Positions 48,525-57,903 of a stretch of 64,000 bases of DNA are shown piece by piece; the first letter of the stretch is position 1; each line of letters opens with the position of its first letter. The notes beneath the pieces are model-generated. The model was not told the DNA's origin. It saw only the letters and a program-made list of their open reading frames with translations, and ran no database searches. Origin of the DNA: an uncultured Gemmatimonadales bacterium (GTDB lineage Bacteria > Gemmatimonadota > Gemmatimonadetes > Gemmatimonadales > Gemmatimonadaceae); assembly GCA_963701965.1 (NCBI GenBank), contig OY969695.1, positions 3,680,001 through 3,744,000 on the forward strand, given 5' to 3'. Both the position numbers and the translations under genes were made by a program.

Positions 48525-50182
48525 TCCGCTGCCCGTCCTGCGAGACCGCGAACGCCGACGACGCGCGCTTCTGCGAGCGTTGCGGCGCCGCGCTCGCCGG
48601 ACCGGCGGAGGCGACGCAGCTGATCGATCCGGTGGCCGCCGCGGCGTCGTCTTCGGGCGATGCGCCCGGCGTCGACCACGAGGCGCGCCGGGCGCTGCTG
48701 GAGTTGGCGCGCCGGGAGTTGGTCGACGAGTACGACGTCGAGCGCGAGATCGGCCGCGGCGGCATGGCGGTGGTGTTCCGCGCGATCGAGCTGGGCCTCC
48801 GGCGCCCGGTCGCGCTCAAGGTCCTGCCGCCCGGCCTGGCGCTCGGGGCATCGGTGGTGGAGCGCTTCAAGCGCGAAGCGCAAATGGCGGCCTCGCTCGA
48901 CCATCCGAACATCATCCCGGTCTATCGGGTCGGCCAGACGCCCTCGCTGCTCTACCTGACGATGCGCTACGTCGAGGGGCGATCGCTGGACGCGGTCATT
49001 GCCAGTCAAGGCGCGCTCCCGGTCCCGGCGGTGCTCTCGGTCCTCCGCTCGGCGGCGGCGGCCCTGGCCTACGCGCACGAGCACCGGATCGTCCACCGCG
49101 ACGTCAAAGGCGCGAACATCCTGATCGATACGTCCGGACGCGTCATCGTCACGGACTTCGGCGTCGCGCGGGCGATCGAGAATGCCTCGATGACGACGAC
49201 CGGCTCGGTGATCGGGACGCCGTATTTCATGAGCCCGGAAGCCTGCGCCGGCAAAGTCGCCGGACCCCAGAGCGACCAGTACTCGCTCGGTATCGTGGCG
49301 TTTCAAATGCTGACCGGGGCGGTGCCGTTTCATGCCGAGACGCTGGCGGCGATCATGAACCACCACCTCATCACGCCGCCCCCGGACATCACCGCGGTGC
49401 GCGATGACGTGCCGCCCGCGCTGGTCGACGTCGTCAAGCGCATGCTCATGAAGGACCCCGTGCAGCGGTACCGCACGACGGGCGATCTCCTCGCCGAGAT
49501 CGAGGCCATCCCGCTCACCGCAATGGATCGTTCGTCCGGCGAGACGGTGTTGCGCGAGCTCGCCCACGGGGCGAGCGTCGCCTCGATCGCGACGCAGAAG
49601 CTGCCGCCGCTGGCCGACACCATGGGGATCGTCGCGGCGCACGACGCGCTGCTGCGCTCGACCGAGCGCGCGACCAAACGCCGGCGCACGCGGCGCGTCG
49701 TCGTGTTGGCCGGCGCCGCGGTGGCGCTCGCCGCGTACGCGCTCCTCGGCACGTTCCGCGGGTCGCGCGTGATCCCGGCGGCCGCCGCATCCACGCCAGG
49801 CGCCACCGCGGTCCCCAGCGCCCCGGACTCCCAGACATCCCCGGTGACCCCGCCGGCGCCGCCGCCGCGGACGATCGTCCCGGTCACCGTCGCCCGCAAC
49901 CCGCGGCGCCGGGACTCGGTGCCGGTGCCCGTCACCGCGGCGGTGGATACGACACCCGGCAAAATGCGCGTCCGCGCGTTGCCAGGGGATGCGACCATCT
50001 TCGTGGACGGCCGTCCGGTCGGCCACGGCGCGGTATTCGACGTGGCGCTGCCGCCGGGTCTGCGCGCGCTTCGGATCGTGGCACCGGGCTACGCCGAATA
50101 CGACACGACGTTCACGGTCCGCCCGGGCGAGACGACGAACCTGGCGACGGTCACGCTCAAGGGCTCGGGCCAGGAACCGTGA
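48521..50182 (+). CDS. Ser/Thr kinase with N-terminal zinc ribbon, TM helix and C-terminal PEGA domain
   Basis: CPSC...FCERCG; GRGGMA, HRDVKGAN, DFG, GTPYFMSPE; P.DATIFVDG...GY PEGA. Confidence 0.92.
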   Translation: MIRCPSCETANADDARFCERCGAALAGPAEATQLIDPVAAAASSSGDAPGVDHEARRALLELARRELVDEYDVEREIGRGGMAVVFRAIELGLRRPVALKVLPPGLALGASVVERFKREAQMAASLDHPNIIPVYRVGQTPSLLYLTMRYVEGRSLDAVIASQGALPVPAVLSVLRSAAAALAYAHEHRIVHRDVKGANILIDTSGRVIVTDFGVARAIENASMTTTGSVIGTPYFMSPEACAGKVAGPQSDQYSLGIVAFQMLTGAVPFHAETLAAIMNHHLITPPPDITAVRDDVPPALVDVVKRMLMKDPVQRYRTTGDLLAEIEAIPLTAMDRSSGETVLRELAHGASVASIATQKLPPLADTMGIVAAHDALLRSTERATKRRRTRRVVVLAGAAVALAAYALLGTFRGSRVIPAAAASTPGATAVPSAPDSQTSPVTPPAPPPRTIVPVTVARNPRRRDSVPVPVTAAVDTTPGKMRVRALPGDATIFVDGRPVGHGAVFDVALPPGLRALRIVAPGYAEYDTTFTVRPGETTNLATVTLKGSGQEP

Positions 50183-51249
50183 CGAGGCCCGGCCCGACGC
50201 GGGCCTGGGCGCTCGCGGCGTGCGTCGCGCTCGCGCTCGCTCTCCCGCGCCCGACGCGCGCGCAGAGCAATACCGACGAAACGCTCCAACGGGCGGTGCA
50301 CCTGTACGAAGAGCTACAGGTCGAGCGCGCGTTGGTGCTCCTGCGCCAGGTGATCTCGCCGAGCTCCCCGTTCGTGGTCTCCAGCGCCCAGCGGGTCCAG
50401 GCCTACAAATACCTGGGCGCCGCGCACGCGATTCTCGGGCAGCCGGACTCGGCGTCGGTGTACTTCCGGGCGGCAATCGAACGCGATCCGTTCGTGGATC
50501 TCGATGCCCAGGCCTTCACGGCCGCCGAACGCTCGGTATTCGCCGACGCCCGCCGGCGGACCTTCGCGGTCGCCGTCCGCCCGATCGCCCGTACCCGCAT
50601 CGATCCCCGCATCGAGCGCATGACCTTCGTGTTGCTCTCGACGCACGCCGGCACGCTGCACGCCGAGATCCGCGATGTGCACGGCGCGGCGACGACGATC
50701 TTCGACGCCGAAAACGAAGGCGTCCGCGAGATCCAGTGGGATGGTCTGCTGGCCGACGGCCACCTGGCGACGCCGGGACGCTACGTGCTGTTCGTCCGCG
50801 GGGTGAGCCACATCTCGCAGCATCCGGACTCGGCCCGGCTTTTCCTCGACGTGGAGCTCGACCGGCCGCCGCTCGAGGACACGCTACGGTCGCTGGGGGC
50901 GGCGGACCTGCTGCCGGAACGGTACCCGACGTCCGCCACGAGCTTCGAGCTGGCCAAAGGACTGGGAGTCGCCGTGACCGCGCTCGCCATCCCGATCGCG
51001 GTCGGGAGCCGGGGGCTCGGCGCCGGCGCGCGCGGGCTGGCTGGTGTGATGGCCGGCATCGGCATCGGCGTCGGCGTCGGCGGGTTCGTGTGGCGTCGCC
51101 AGCACGGCGAGATCGCCGCCAATATCGCCGAGAATACCCGGCGCCGCGCCGCGCGCGCCAACGAGAACGCCGAGATCGCGCGCCGCAATGACGCGCGCCT
51201 GGCGGTCACCGCGCTGGTCATCACTCCCGCCGCTGGAGTGGGACCATGA
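50179..51249 (+). CDS. Secreted TPR + FlgD-Ig-like protein with C-terminal hydrophobic hairpin
   Basis: Signal peptide; AYKYLGAA...YFRAA TPR; IQWDG....G..ATPGRY FlgD-like motif. Confidence 0.7.
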   Translation: MTRPGPTRAWALAACVALALALPRPTRAQSNTDETLQRAVHLYEELQVERALVLLRQVISPSSPFVVSSAQRVQAYKYLGAAHAILGQPDSASVYFRAAIERDPFVDLDAQAFTAAERSVFADARRRTFAVAVRPIARTRIDPRIERMTFVLLSTHAGTLHAEIRDVHGAATTIFDAENEGVREIQWDGLLADGHLATPGRYVLFVRGVSHISQHPDSARLFLDVELDRPPLEDTLRSLGAADLLPERYPTSATSFELAKGLGVAVTALAIPIAVGSRGLGAGARGLAGVMAGIGIGVGVGGFVWRRQHGEIAANIAENTRRRAARANENAEIARRNDARLAVTALVITPAAGVGP

Positions 51250-52013
51250 TGGATATCGCTCGCGTGCTTCGCACGCTGCGCGCTAACCCCAGGACGCCGC
51301 ACGCCGGGAAGTCGCGCCCCAGGACGCCGCACTCCGTCAGAGTGGCGCATCGCGCAGTCGTAGCGCGCGAAGCGCGCACGCTTTTGGTTTGGCTGGCGCT
51401 CGCCGCCATGGCGACGCCGGCTGCCGCTCAAGTGCAGGTGACGACGTCCGCCGTCGTCTCGGTGGTCTCCGATGAGATCCTGTTCGCCGGCACCACGCAA
51501 CGCACGACGGGCGTCACCATCGGCGCCGACGTGCTGGCCACACCGTTCCGCCAGACCGAGTTCCACGCGGGCGTGTCCGCCGGAAACCTGATCGCCGACA
51601 CGCCGGCCACCGACGGCCGGGGCTGGACGGACATCCAGATCGGCGGCAGCGTCTTCGCCACCAGCTGGCTGGCATTTCAGCTAGGCGGCGACGCGCGCGG
51701 CTACTCGACGCCCGCGGGCAATCAGCGGTGGCTGTCGATCTCCGCGGGTGCCGAAGCGCGGGCGCCGCTGTTCGACAACTCGGCGCAGGCGGTCTTCCGC
51801 GCCAGCCTGCTGCCGTTAGTCAGCGTCACCAACGGCATGAATCCCAACTTCGCCGTCTCCGCCGCCACCGGCATTCGCTTCCTGCGCGCCCCGCTCGCGG
51901 GCGCGGTGATGCTCTCCCTGGAGCACTACAGTTTTTCCAACACCACCCTGGGTCCGCACGCCGAGCAGGTCGCGATGCTCGGCCTCGAGCTCGGCGTGCG
52001 CTTCCCGCGTTGA
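51246..52013 (+). CDS. Putative outer-membrane beta-barrel protein
   Basis: Signal ending AAA-Q, alternating amphipathic strands, C-terminal LGLELGVRF; true start may be downstream. Confidence 0.6.
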   Translation: MMDIARVLRTLRANPRTPHAGKSRPRTPHSVRVAHRAVVAREARTLLVWLALAAMATPAAAQVQVTTSAVVSVVSDEILFAGTTQRTTGVTIGADVLATPFRQTEFHAGVSAGNLIADTPATDGRGWTDIQIGGSVFATSWLAFQLGGDARGYSTPAGNQRWLSISAGAEARAPLFDNSAQAVFRASLLPLVSVTNGMNPNFAVSAATGIRFLRAPLAGAVMLSLEHYSFSNTTLGPHAEQVAMLGLELGVRFPR

Positions 52014-52022
52014 CGCGCGGCG

Positions 52023-53150
52023 CTACCGCGTCGCGACGTGCACCGTCACTGACATCCCCGGACGGAGCGGACGCTCCGGACCCAGATCCCGCGTCACGCG
52101 AATCCGCACCGGGACCCGCTGCACGACTTTCGTGAAGTTACCGGTGGCATTGTCGGGCGGCAGCAGCGCGTCCTTCGCCCCCGTCGCGGCGCTCAAGCTC
52201 TCGACCACGCCCTCGGCGGTCGCGCCGTCGTACGCGTCGACTTCGAACGTGACCTTCTGCCCCACGCGGATGTGGTCGAGCTGCGTCTCCTTGAAATTCG
52301 CCGCCAAGAAGGCGCCCGTATCGGTGACAATGTTGAACAGCGCCTGACCAGGCTGCACGAGCTGACCCGGCTCGATGGCCTTGTGGTTCATGATCCCGCT
52401 CGCCGGCGCCGCGATCTTGGCATAGGAGAGCTGCAGGACCGCGTTATCCAGCGACGCCTGCGCGCCCGCCAACCGCGCTGCCGCCAGCCGCACGCCCGCC
52501 TGCGCGTTCGACACCGTCGCCACGCCCGCCGCCGACTGCCTCTCGGCCGCCAATAACGTCGCCTGCGCGCCATCCGCCGCCGCCTGCGCGGCGTCGAGCT
52601 GCTGGCGCGAGACGATCTGTTTGGCGACTAACTCCTGCAGGCGCGCCAGGTCGGCCTTGGCCTTGTCGTAGTTGGCCTGCGCGGCCACGATCTGGGCGTC
52701 CGCCGCCGCGCTCTGCTGCGTCGCGGTCTGCACCAGGGCCACCGCCTGACCCGTGATCGCGTGCGAGCCCGTCGCGGTCGCCGCGGCCGCCAGGTCGGCT
52801 TTGGCCAGCTCGACCCGCACGTGGTATTCCGAGGTGTCGATCAGGACGGCCGGCGCGCCTTCGTTCGAATGGGTGTTCTCATCGGCGTACACACGATCGA
52901 CATAGCCGCCGACCTTGGCCAACACCGGAATAATGTGTCCGTCCACCTGCGCATCGTCCGTCGTCTCGTGGGCGCGGGAGTAGTTCCACGTCTTCACGCC
53001 CCAGATGATCCCCAGGACGCCGAGGATGGCGACGATGGGAAGCAGAAACCGGCGCTTGTTTGGCGCGGCCTTGCCCTTTGGCGGCGCCGTCGCCGTTTCC
53101 GTTTCAATGGTGGCTTCTCGGGGACGCTCGGGGCGGGTGATCGTGGCCAT
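52023..53150 (-). CDS. HlyD/EmrA family membrane fusion protein
   Basis: TDDAQVDG, ANFKETQL, LLPPDNATGNFTKVVQRVPVRI, LRPGMS. Confidence 0.95.
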   Translation of the reverse strand: MATITRPERPREATIETETATAPPKGKAAPNKRRFLLPIVAILGVLGIIWGVKTWNYSRAHETTDDAQVDGHIIPVLAKVGGYVDRVYADENTHSNEGAPAVLIDTSEYHVRVELAKADLAAAATATGSHAITGQAVALVQTATQQSAAADAQIVAAQANYDKAKADLARLQELVAKQIVSRQQLDAAQAAADGAQATLLAAERQSAAGVATVSNAQAGVRLAAARLAGAQASLDNAVLQLSYAKIAAPASGIMNHKAIEPGQLVQPGQALFNIVTDTGAFLAANFKETQLDHIRVGQKVTFEVDAYDGATAEGVVESLSAATGAKDALLPPDNATGNFTKVVQRVPVRIRVTRDLGPERPLRPGMSVTVHVATR

Positions 53151-53181
53151 GGGTCAGGTCTACAGTTGAGGCTCGAATCGC

Positions 53182-54522
53182 TTACGGGAGGTCCTGCACC
53201 GCGCCGGTCGCCTGGGCGAGCGCGACCCGCGCGGACTGGTACTGCGACAGCGCATCGATCTCGCCGGTGCGCGCGCTATTCAGATCAATGAAGGCCGTGA
53301 TCACATCCGCGTTGCCGGCGACGCCGGCGCGAAAGCGCTCGCGCGCCTGATCGACTTCCTGCTGGGCGAGCAGCAAACGCTCGCGCGCCGCGCCCACCTG
53401 CTGGCGCGCCGAGTTGAGATCGAGGTAGGCGCCGCGCACCTGGATGGCGATCTTCTGCCGCAGGTCGTGCCGCCGCACCTCGATCTCCCGGACCGCCGCG
53501 TGCTGCTCCTCGAGGCGCGACTCGCGCCCAAGACCGTCGAAGATCGGCATCGAAACCTGGAGCGCCCACGTGTAGGTGTTGAGCAAGTTCTCGTACCGCG
53601 TCCCGTCAGCCGCGTACGATCCGCCGATGCTGAACGACGGCAGCCGCTCGGCGCGGGTCGCGGAGATCTGGCGTTCCGCGGCCTGCAATTGCAGGTCGGC
53701 GGTGCGCAGATCGGGGCGCCGGTGCAGCGCCTGCTCGACCGCCGTCGTCTCCACCGGCAGCGTGTCCAGGAGCGGGAGCGTCTGGAGCGAGTCGCTGAGC
53801 GTCACGCGCGCGGCCAGCGGCAGACCCAGCGACCGGAGCAGGTCGAGCTGGGCCCGGTCGAAGTCGTTCCGCGCCTGAATGATCTGCGCGCGCACCGTCG
53901 CGAACTGGGACTCCGCGCGGGTGACGTCGAGCGCAATGCCCACGCCCGCCGACAACTGGTCCCGCGCGATCTGCAGCAGATCGGCGGCCAGCGTCGAGTC
54001 GGCCAACCGGGCGCCCAAGAGCGCTTGCGTGGTCTGCGTGTGCAGGTAGCTGTCGGCCGCCACGTTCGCGGCCGAGTCGGCCTGGTTCGACGCGTCGGAC
54101 TCCGCCGCCCGCTCGCTCGCCTGGGCCGCCCGGATCCGCGCGATCGCCCCGAAACTGAACAGGGTGTCGACCGCCAACGCCTCGTATGTGATCTCGTGCA
54201 CCGGGCCAATGATCGCGCCCGTTGGCGGAAAGAGGTTCTGTCCGTTGATCTCGAAGTTGAAGCCGAACAAGGGCGCCGTGTTGAACGTGCGCTCACTCTG
54301 CGGCACACCGCGGCCGATGACCGTCGGGAGCAGCAATGCGCGCTGCTCGCGGACGCGGGCTTGCGACTGTTGCGTGCGGGCGCCGGCCTGCTGGGGCCCG
54401 GCCGCCTGGTGCGCGGCCAGCCGCGCGGCGCTGCCCAGCGTCAGCGGTGGGACGGCGAGGGTGTCCTGGGCCGCGGCCAAGCCGGGCGCGAGGAGAATGG
54501 CAAAGAGAAGAGAGCGCGTCAT
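53182..54522 (-). CDS. TolC family outer-membrane efflux protein
   Basis: Signal peptide; ALLLP, RRPDL, SMPIFDG, ERFRAG OEP repeats. Confidence 0.92.
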   Translation of the reverse strand: MTRSLLFAILLAPGLAAAQDTLAVPPLTLGSAARLAAHQAAGPQQAGARTQQSQARVREQRALLLPTVIGRGVPQSERTFNTAPLFGFNFEINGQNLFPPTGAIIGPVHEITYEALAVDTLFSFGAIARIRAAQASERAAESDASNQADSAANVAADSYLHTQTTQALLGARLADSTLAADLLQIARDQLSAGVGIALDVTRAESQFATVRAQIIQARNDFDRAQLDLLRSLGLPLAARVTLSDSLQTLPLLDTLPVETTAVEQALHRRPDLRTADLQLQAAERQISATRAERLPSFSIGGSYAADGTRYENLLNTYTWALQVSMPIFDGLGRESRLEEQHAAVREIEVRRHDLRQKIAIQVRGAYLDLNSARQQVGAARERLLLAQQEVDQARERFRAGVAGNADVITAFIDLNSARTGEIDALSQYQSARVALAQATGAVQDLP

Positions 54523-55154
54523 TGTAAAGCGCGGAAGAAAAAGTCTTCGATCTCCTCCGGGAGATCGTCGGCGGAATACTGCATGACATCCGGCGCGTAC
54601 TCGTGCATGCCGCGCCACACGCAATGCGCGCTGAACATGGACATGAGCAATCGCGCCGCGACGTTCGGATCGACGGGCCGGAACTCGCCCGCCGCGACCC
54701 CGCGGCGGATCATGCCCGTGACGAGATCGCGCTTGCGCGTGACGACCTCGTTCATGTAAAACCCCACGAGCTCGGGGAAGCGCTGGAGCTCGCCGATGAT
54801 GAGGCGGACGATCGTGACCACCTGCGGCGTCCGCAGGAACGCCCAATACCCGCGCATGTAGGCGCTGAGTTGCGCCTTGGCGCTGCCCGGATGCGCGGCC
54901 ACGGCCCGCTCCTCTTCCTCGAGGCGCGCTACCAGCGTCTCGCGGACCATCTCCTTGAACAGCGCTTCCTTGTTGGGGAAGTACAGGTAGATGGTGCCTT
55001 TGGACAGCCCGGCGCGCTTGGCAATGTCCTCGAGGCGCGCCCCGGCCAGACCGTGCTCGCCAAAGACCTCGATCGCGGCATCGATGATCTGGTGCGGCCG
55101 CTCCTCGGGGAGACGGCGCCACTTCGGTTCTTGTTTTGTGTGCTCGAGAGACAT
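54519..55154 (-). CDS. TetR/AcrR family regulator
   Basis: [26 protein letters not shown]. Confidence 0.95.
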   Translation of the reverse strand: MSLEHTKQEPKWRRLPEERPHQIIDAAIEVFGEHGLAGARLEDIAKRAGLSKGTIYLYFPNKEALFKEMVRETLVARLEEEERAVAAHPGSAKAQLSAYMRGYWAFLRTPQVVTIVRLIIGELQRFPELVGFYMNEVVTRKRDLVTGMIRRGVAAGEFRPVDPNVAARLLMSMFSAHCVWRGMHEYAPDVMQYSADDLPEEIEDFFFRALQ

Positions 55155-55168
55155 GGGCGTATGGCTAA

Positions 55169-55182
55169 TGACCGACCGGTCA
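55169..55182. promoter_or_regulatory. Probable TetR operator
   Basis: Palindrome TGACCG-AC-CGGTCA 14 nt upstream of the tetR start. Confidence 0.7.
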
Positions 55183-55242
55183 GTAAATACGCCCCGCAGG
55201 CAAAAAGTGCCCGTCTAGTCTATCGCGTTATCATGTCGTGAC

Positions 55243-55410
55243 TTACGACGTCGCCGCCGGGTGGGCTTCGGTGGCCTCGTAGTGACGATTCGTGATCACT
55301 ACGATCGAATACAGCAGCGCGAAGATCACGATCGCGCCGAGAATGAGACCGGTGTACGCCGGCCGCGTGTCTGGTCCGCTGTTCGGCGCCTGCTGCTGGT
55401 GTTCGGTCAT
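55243..55410 (-). CDS. Small single-TM membrane protein (55 aa)
   Basis: Manual translation MTEHQQQAPNSGPDTRPAYTGLILGAIVIFALLYSIVVITNRHYEATEAHPAATS; starts 1 nt after the cyclophilin stop; below the ORF-track cutoff. Confidence 0.7.
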   Translation of the reverse strand: MTEHQQQAPNSGPDTRPAYTGLILGAIVIFALLYSIVVITNRHYEATEAHPAATS

Positions 55411-55411
55411 G

Positions 55412-55873
55412 TCAGGCCACTCGCACCTTGGTCATGTGATCATTCTGTTTGATCTGCTTCATCACGTCCAGTCCTTCGGTGATCTTGCCGAACACCGTGT
55501 GCTTGCCGTTCAGGTGCCGCGTGTGGGACTCGTCGAGCACCATGAAGAACTGACTGCCGCCGGTGTCCTTCCCCGCGTGCGCCATGGAGAGCGCCCCCAC
55601 CTCGTGCAGGCGTGGATTTCCCTGCGTCTCGCATTTGATCATGTAGCCCGGTCCGCCGCTGCCGACGCGGGGATCACCCGGTGGGAGATCCCGCGACTGG
55701 GGGTCGCCGCCCTGGACCACGAAGTCCTTCAAGACGCGGTGAAACTTCACGCCGTCGTAGAATCCGGAATTGGCCAGCTTCTCGAAATTCGCCACCGTGT
55801 TTGGCGCATCCTGCGCATAGAGCTCGGCGACGATCGTCCCGCGGTTGGTCTCGAACGTGGCATGCTTCGTCAT
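55412..55873 (-). CDS. Cyclophilin-type peptidyl-prolyl isomerase
   Basis: [43 protein letters not shown]. Confidence 0.95.
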   Translation of the reverse strand: MTKHATFETNRGTIVAELYAQDAPNTVANFEKLANSGFYDGVKFHRVLKDFVVQGGDPQSRDLPPGDPRVGSGGPGYMIKCETQGNPRLHEVGALSMAHAGKDTGGSQFFMVLDESHTRHLNGKHTVFGKITEGLDVMKQIKQNDHMTKVRVA

Positions 55874-55883
55874 GTCGGCAAAG

Positions 55884-56546
55884 CTAAACGCGAAACGCCG
55901 ACGGACACAGATCGCTGAGCACACACCCGGCACAGTTGGGCTTGCGCGCGAAGCAGACGCGGCGGCCGTGAAAGATCAACAGGTGCGAAAAGATCGTCCA
56001 ATCGCGCCGCGGCACGACGGGCATCAGGTCATGCTCGATCTTCACGGCATCGGTCTGCGCGGTGAGCCCGAGGCGCTGGGACAAACGCGTCACGTGCGTA
56101 TCGACCACGATGCCCTCGGACTTCCCGAACGCGTTGCCGAGCACCACGTTGGCGGTCTTCCGACCGACGCCCGGGAGCTCGACCAAGTCCTCCATCGTCT
56201 CGGGGACCTGGCCGCCGAACCGGTCGGTGATGGCGCGGGCGGCACCCATGATCGACTTGGTCTTGTTCCGAAAGAAGCCGGACGCCTTGATCAAGGTCTC
56301 GACGTCGTCCGGATTGGCATCGGCCAGGGCCGCCGGGGTGGGAAAGCGCGCGAAGAGGGCCGGCGTCACGGTGTTCACGGTGCGGTCGGTGCTCTGCGCA
56401 CTCAGGATCGTGGCGACCAGCAGTTGCCACGGCGAGTGGAAATCCAGCTCGGTCTTGGCGTCGGGATATTGCTTCTTGAGCCGCCGCACGATCTCCCGGA
56501 CGTGCGTCTCCAGGGCCTTGCCGCGAAAGAGCTTTACCCGTTTCAC
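55884..56546 (-). CDS. nth: Endonuclease III
   Basis: [29 protein letters not shown]-x6-C-x2-C-x5-C Fe-S motif. Confidence 0.95.
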   Translation of the reverse strand: MKRVKLFRGKALETHVREIVRRLKKQYPDAKTELDFHSPWQLLVATILSAQSTDRTVNTVTPALFARFPTPAALADANPDDVETLIKASGFFRNKTKSIMGAARAITDRFGGQVPETMEDLVELPGVGRKTANVVLGNAFGKSEGIVVDTHVTRLSQRLGLTAQTDAVKIEHDLMPVVPRRDWTIFSHLLIFHGRRVCFARKPNCAGCVLSDLCPSAFRV

Positions 56547-57001
56547 GCCAGTTCCACGCCCGCCGCGTGTCGCAGCCGGTCCACGATCTCGTGCAGCTGG
56601 CCCTCCGTGACGTCGATCTCCTGTGCCGCGCCGTCGACATCCAGCAATCCCGCGCGCATCGACGCGGCCAGCTGGTTCATGTACCGGACTTTGGCCAGCA
56701 TCTCCTCGGTAACCTTGCGCAAGGCGTGGAACCGGCGCTTTTCCGACAGCGCGCGCTCGTAGCGCTGTACCAGCTCGTCGCCGGTGAGCCGGCGGGCGAC
56801 GACCAGCGCCTCGTCCGGCGTCCGGCCGCAGAACGCCGCGCGGTCCGGTATGCCCGCGTCGTCCCACAATGTCTCGGTGAACCAGAGGCGGCCGACGTAC
56901 TCGATGCCATCGTGCGCCAATCGGAGACTGACATCGAACTGGCGGCCGCCGATCACGACGACCGCCACGTGCGGGGGCGCCTCGAACGCGTCTTCGCTCA
57001 C
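56543..57001 (-). CDS. Hypothetical protein
   Basis: GTGA overlaps on both sides; clean ORF. Confidence 0.65.
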   Translation of the reverse strand: MSEDAFEAPPHVAVVVIGGRQFDVSLRLAHDGIEYVGRLWFTETLWDDAGIPDRAAFCGRTPDEALVVARRLTGDELVQRYERALSEKRRFHALRKVTEEMLAKVRYMNQLAASMRAGLLDVDGAAQEIDVTEGQLHEIVDRLRHAAGVELA

Positions 57002-57882
57002 GAGCCGGCGTCCGTCGCGTCGAGAAAGGCTTCGACCGCGGTGCGCAGGGCGGCGGGTTGCTCGACATACGGCACGTGGCCGCAGTCGTCGATGACCACG
57101 AGCTCGGCGCCAAGGGCCCGCGCCACATCCTCGGACGAGGCCAGGGGCACGGGATCCTGTCGCCCGTGGACCACGAGGGCGGGACACCGCACGCTCGCCA
57201 GAGCGGCGCGCACGTCGAAGTCCCCCAGGCTCTCCCAAACGGACTGCTGGACTCGTCCCATGACGCGAAATGGGGTCAGGTCGTGGGCCCGCGCTGGATC
57301 GTGGAAATACCCGGCGACACTCAGCTCGAACGCCCGCTGGCGGTATGCCTCCGGGTCGCGATCGCGCAGCCCGGAGCGTTGCAGCTCCGCGCGCGCGGGC
57401 GCGACCCGGGCCTGCCGCGCCGCCATCGCCGTTTCGAACTCTGCACGATACTGGCGTGTCGTAGGCGCCGGGTCAATCAGGACCAGGCGCCGCGGCCGGA
57501 TGGCGCCGGCTCCCGCGGCCAACAAGGCCAGGAGGGCGCCCCAGGAAAACCCCAGAATCGACGGTTCGGGGCCCAGCGCCCACTCGTCGACCACGGCCCC
57601 CAGATCGTCGACCTGGGTGCGCCAGGTGATGGGCTGCCGGGCGTCGGCCACCGAGCGCCCGCCCCCCCGCTGGTCGTAGAAGATCGTGTCGCGCCGCTCG
57701 GACACGAAGAGCAACTGGGGCAGCAAGTACAGATGGTCGGCGCCCGGTCCGCCGTGCAGCGCGAGCAGTCGTGGTATGGCTCCCGGCGCACCCGGTGCGG
57801 GCCCATAGGCCGCCCAATACAGCGGGACCGGTGTCGATGCGGTAAAGCCGTCGGCCCGCGGCGCCGGGATGGGAATGGGCAC
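56998..57882 (-). CDS. Alpha/beta hydrolase, proline iminopeptidase-like
   Basis: LHGGPG, YDQRGGGRS, GFSWG, HGRQD, CGHVP. Confidence 0.88.
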   Translation of the reverse strand: MPIPIPAPRADGFTASTPVPLYWAAYGPAPGAPGAIPRLLALHGGPGADHLYLLPQLLFVSERRDTIFYDQRGGGRSVADARQPITWRTQVDDLGAVVDEWALGPEPSILGFSWGALLALLAAGAGAIRPRRLVLIDPAPTTRQYRAEFETAMAARQARVAPARAELQRSGLRDRDPEAYRQRAFELSVAGYFHDPARAHDLTPFRVMGRVQQSVWESLGDFDVRAALASVRCPALVVHGRQDPVPLASSEDVARALGAELVVIDDCGHVPYVEQPAALRTAVEAFLDATDAGS

Positions 57883-57903
57883 GCGGTAATGTACTAGCGC
57901 GCC

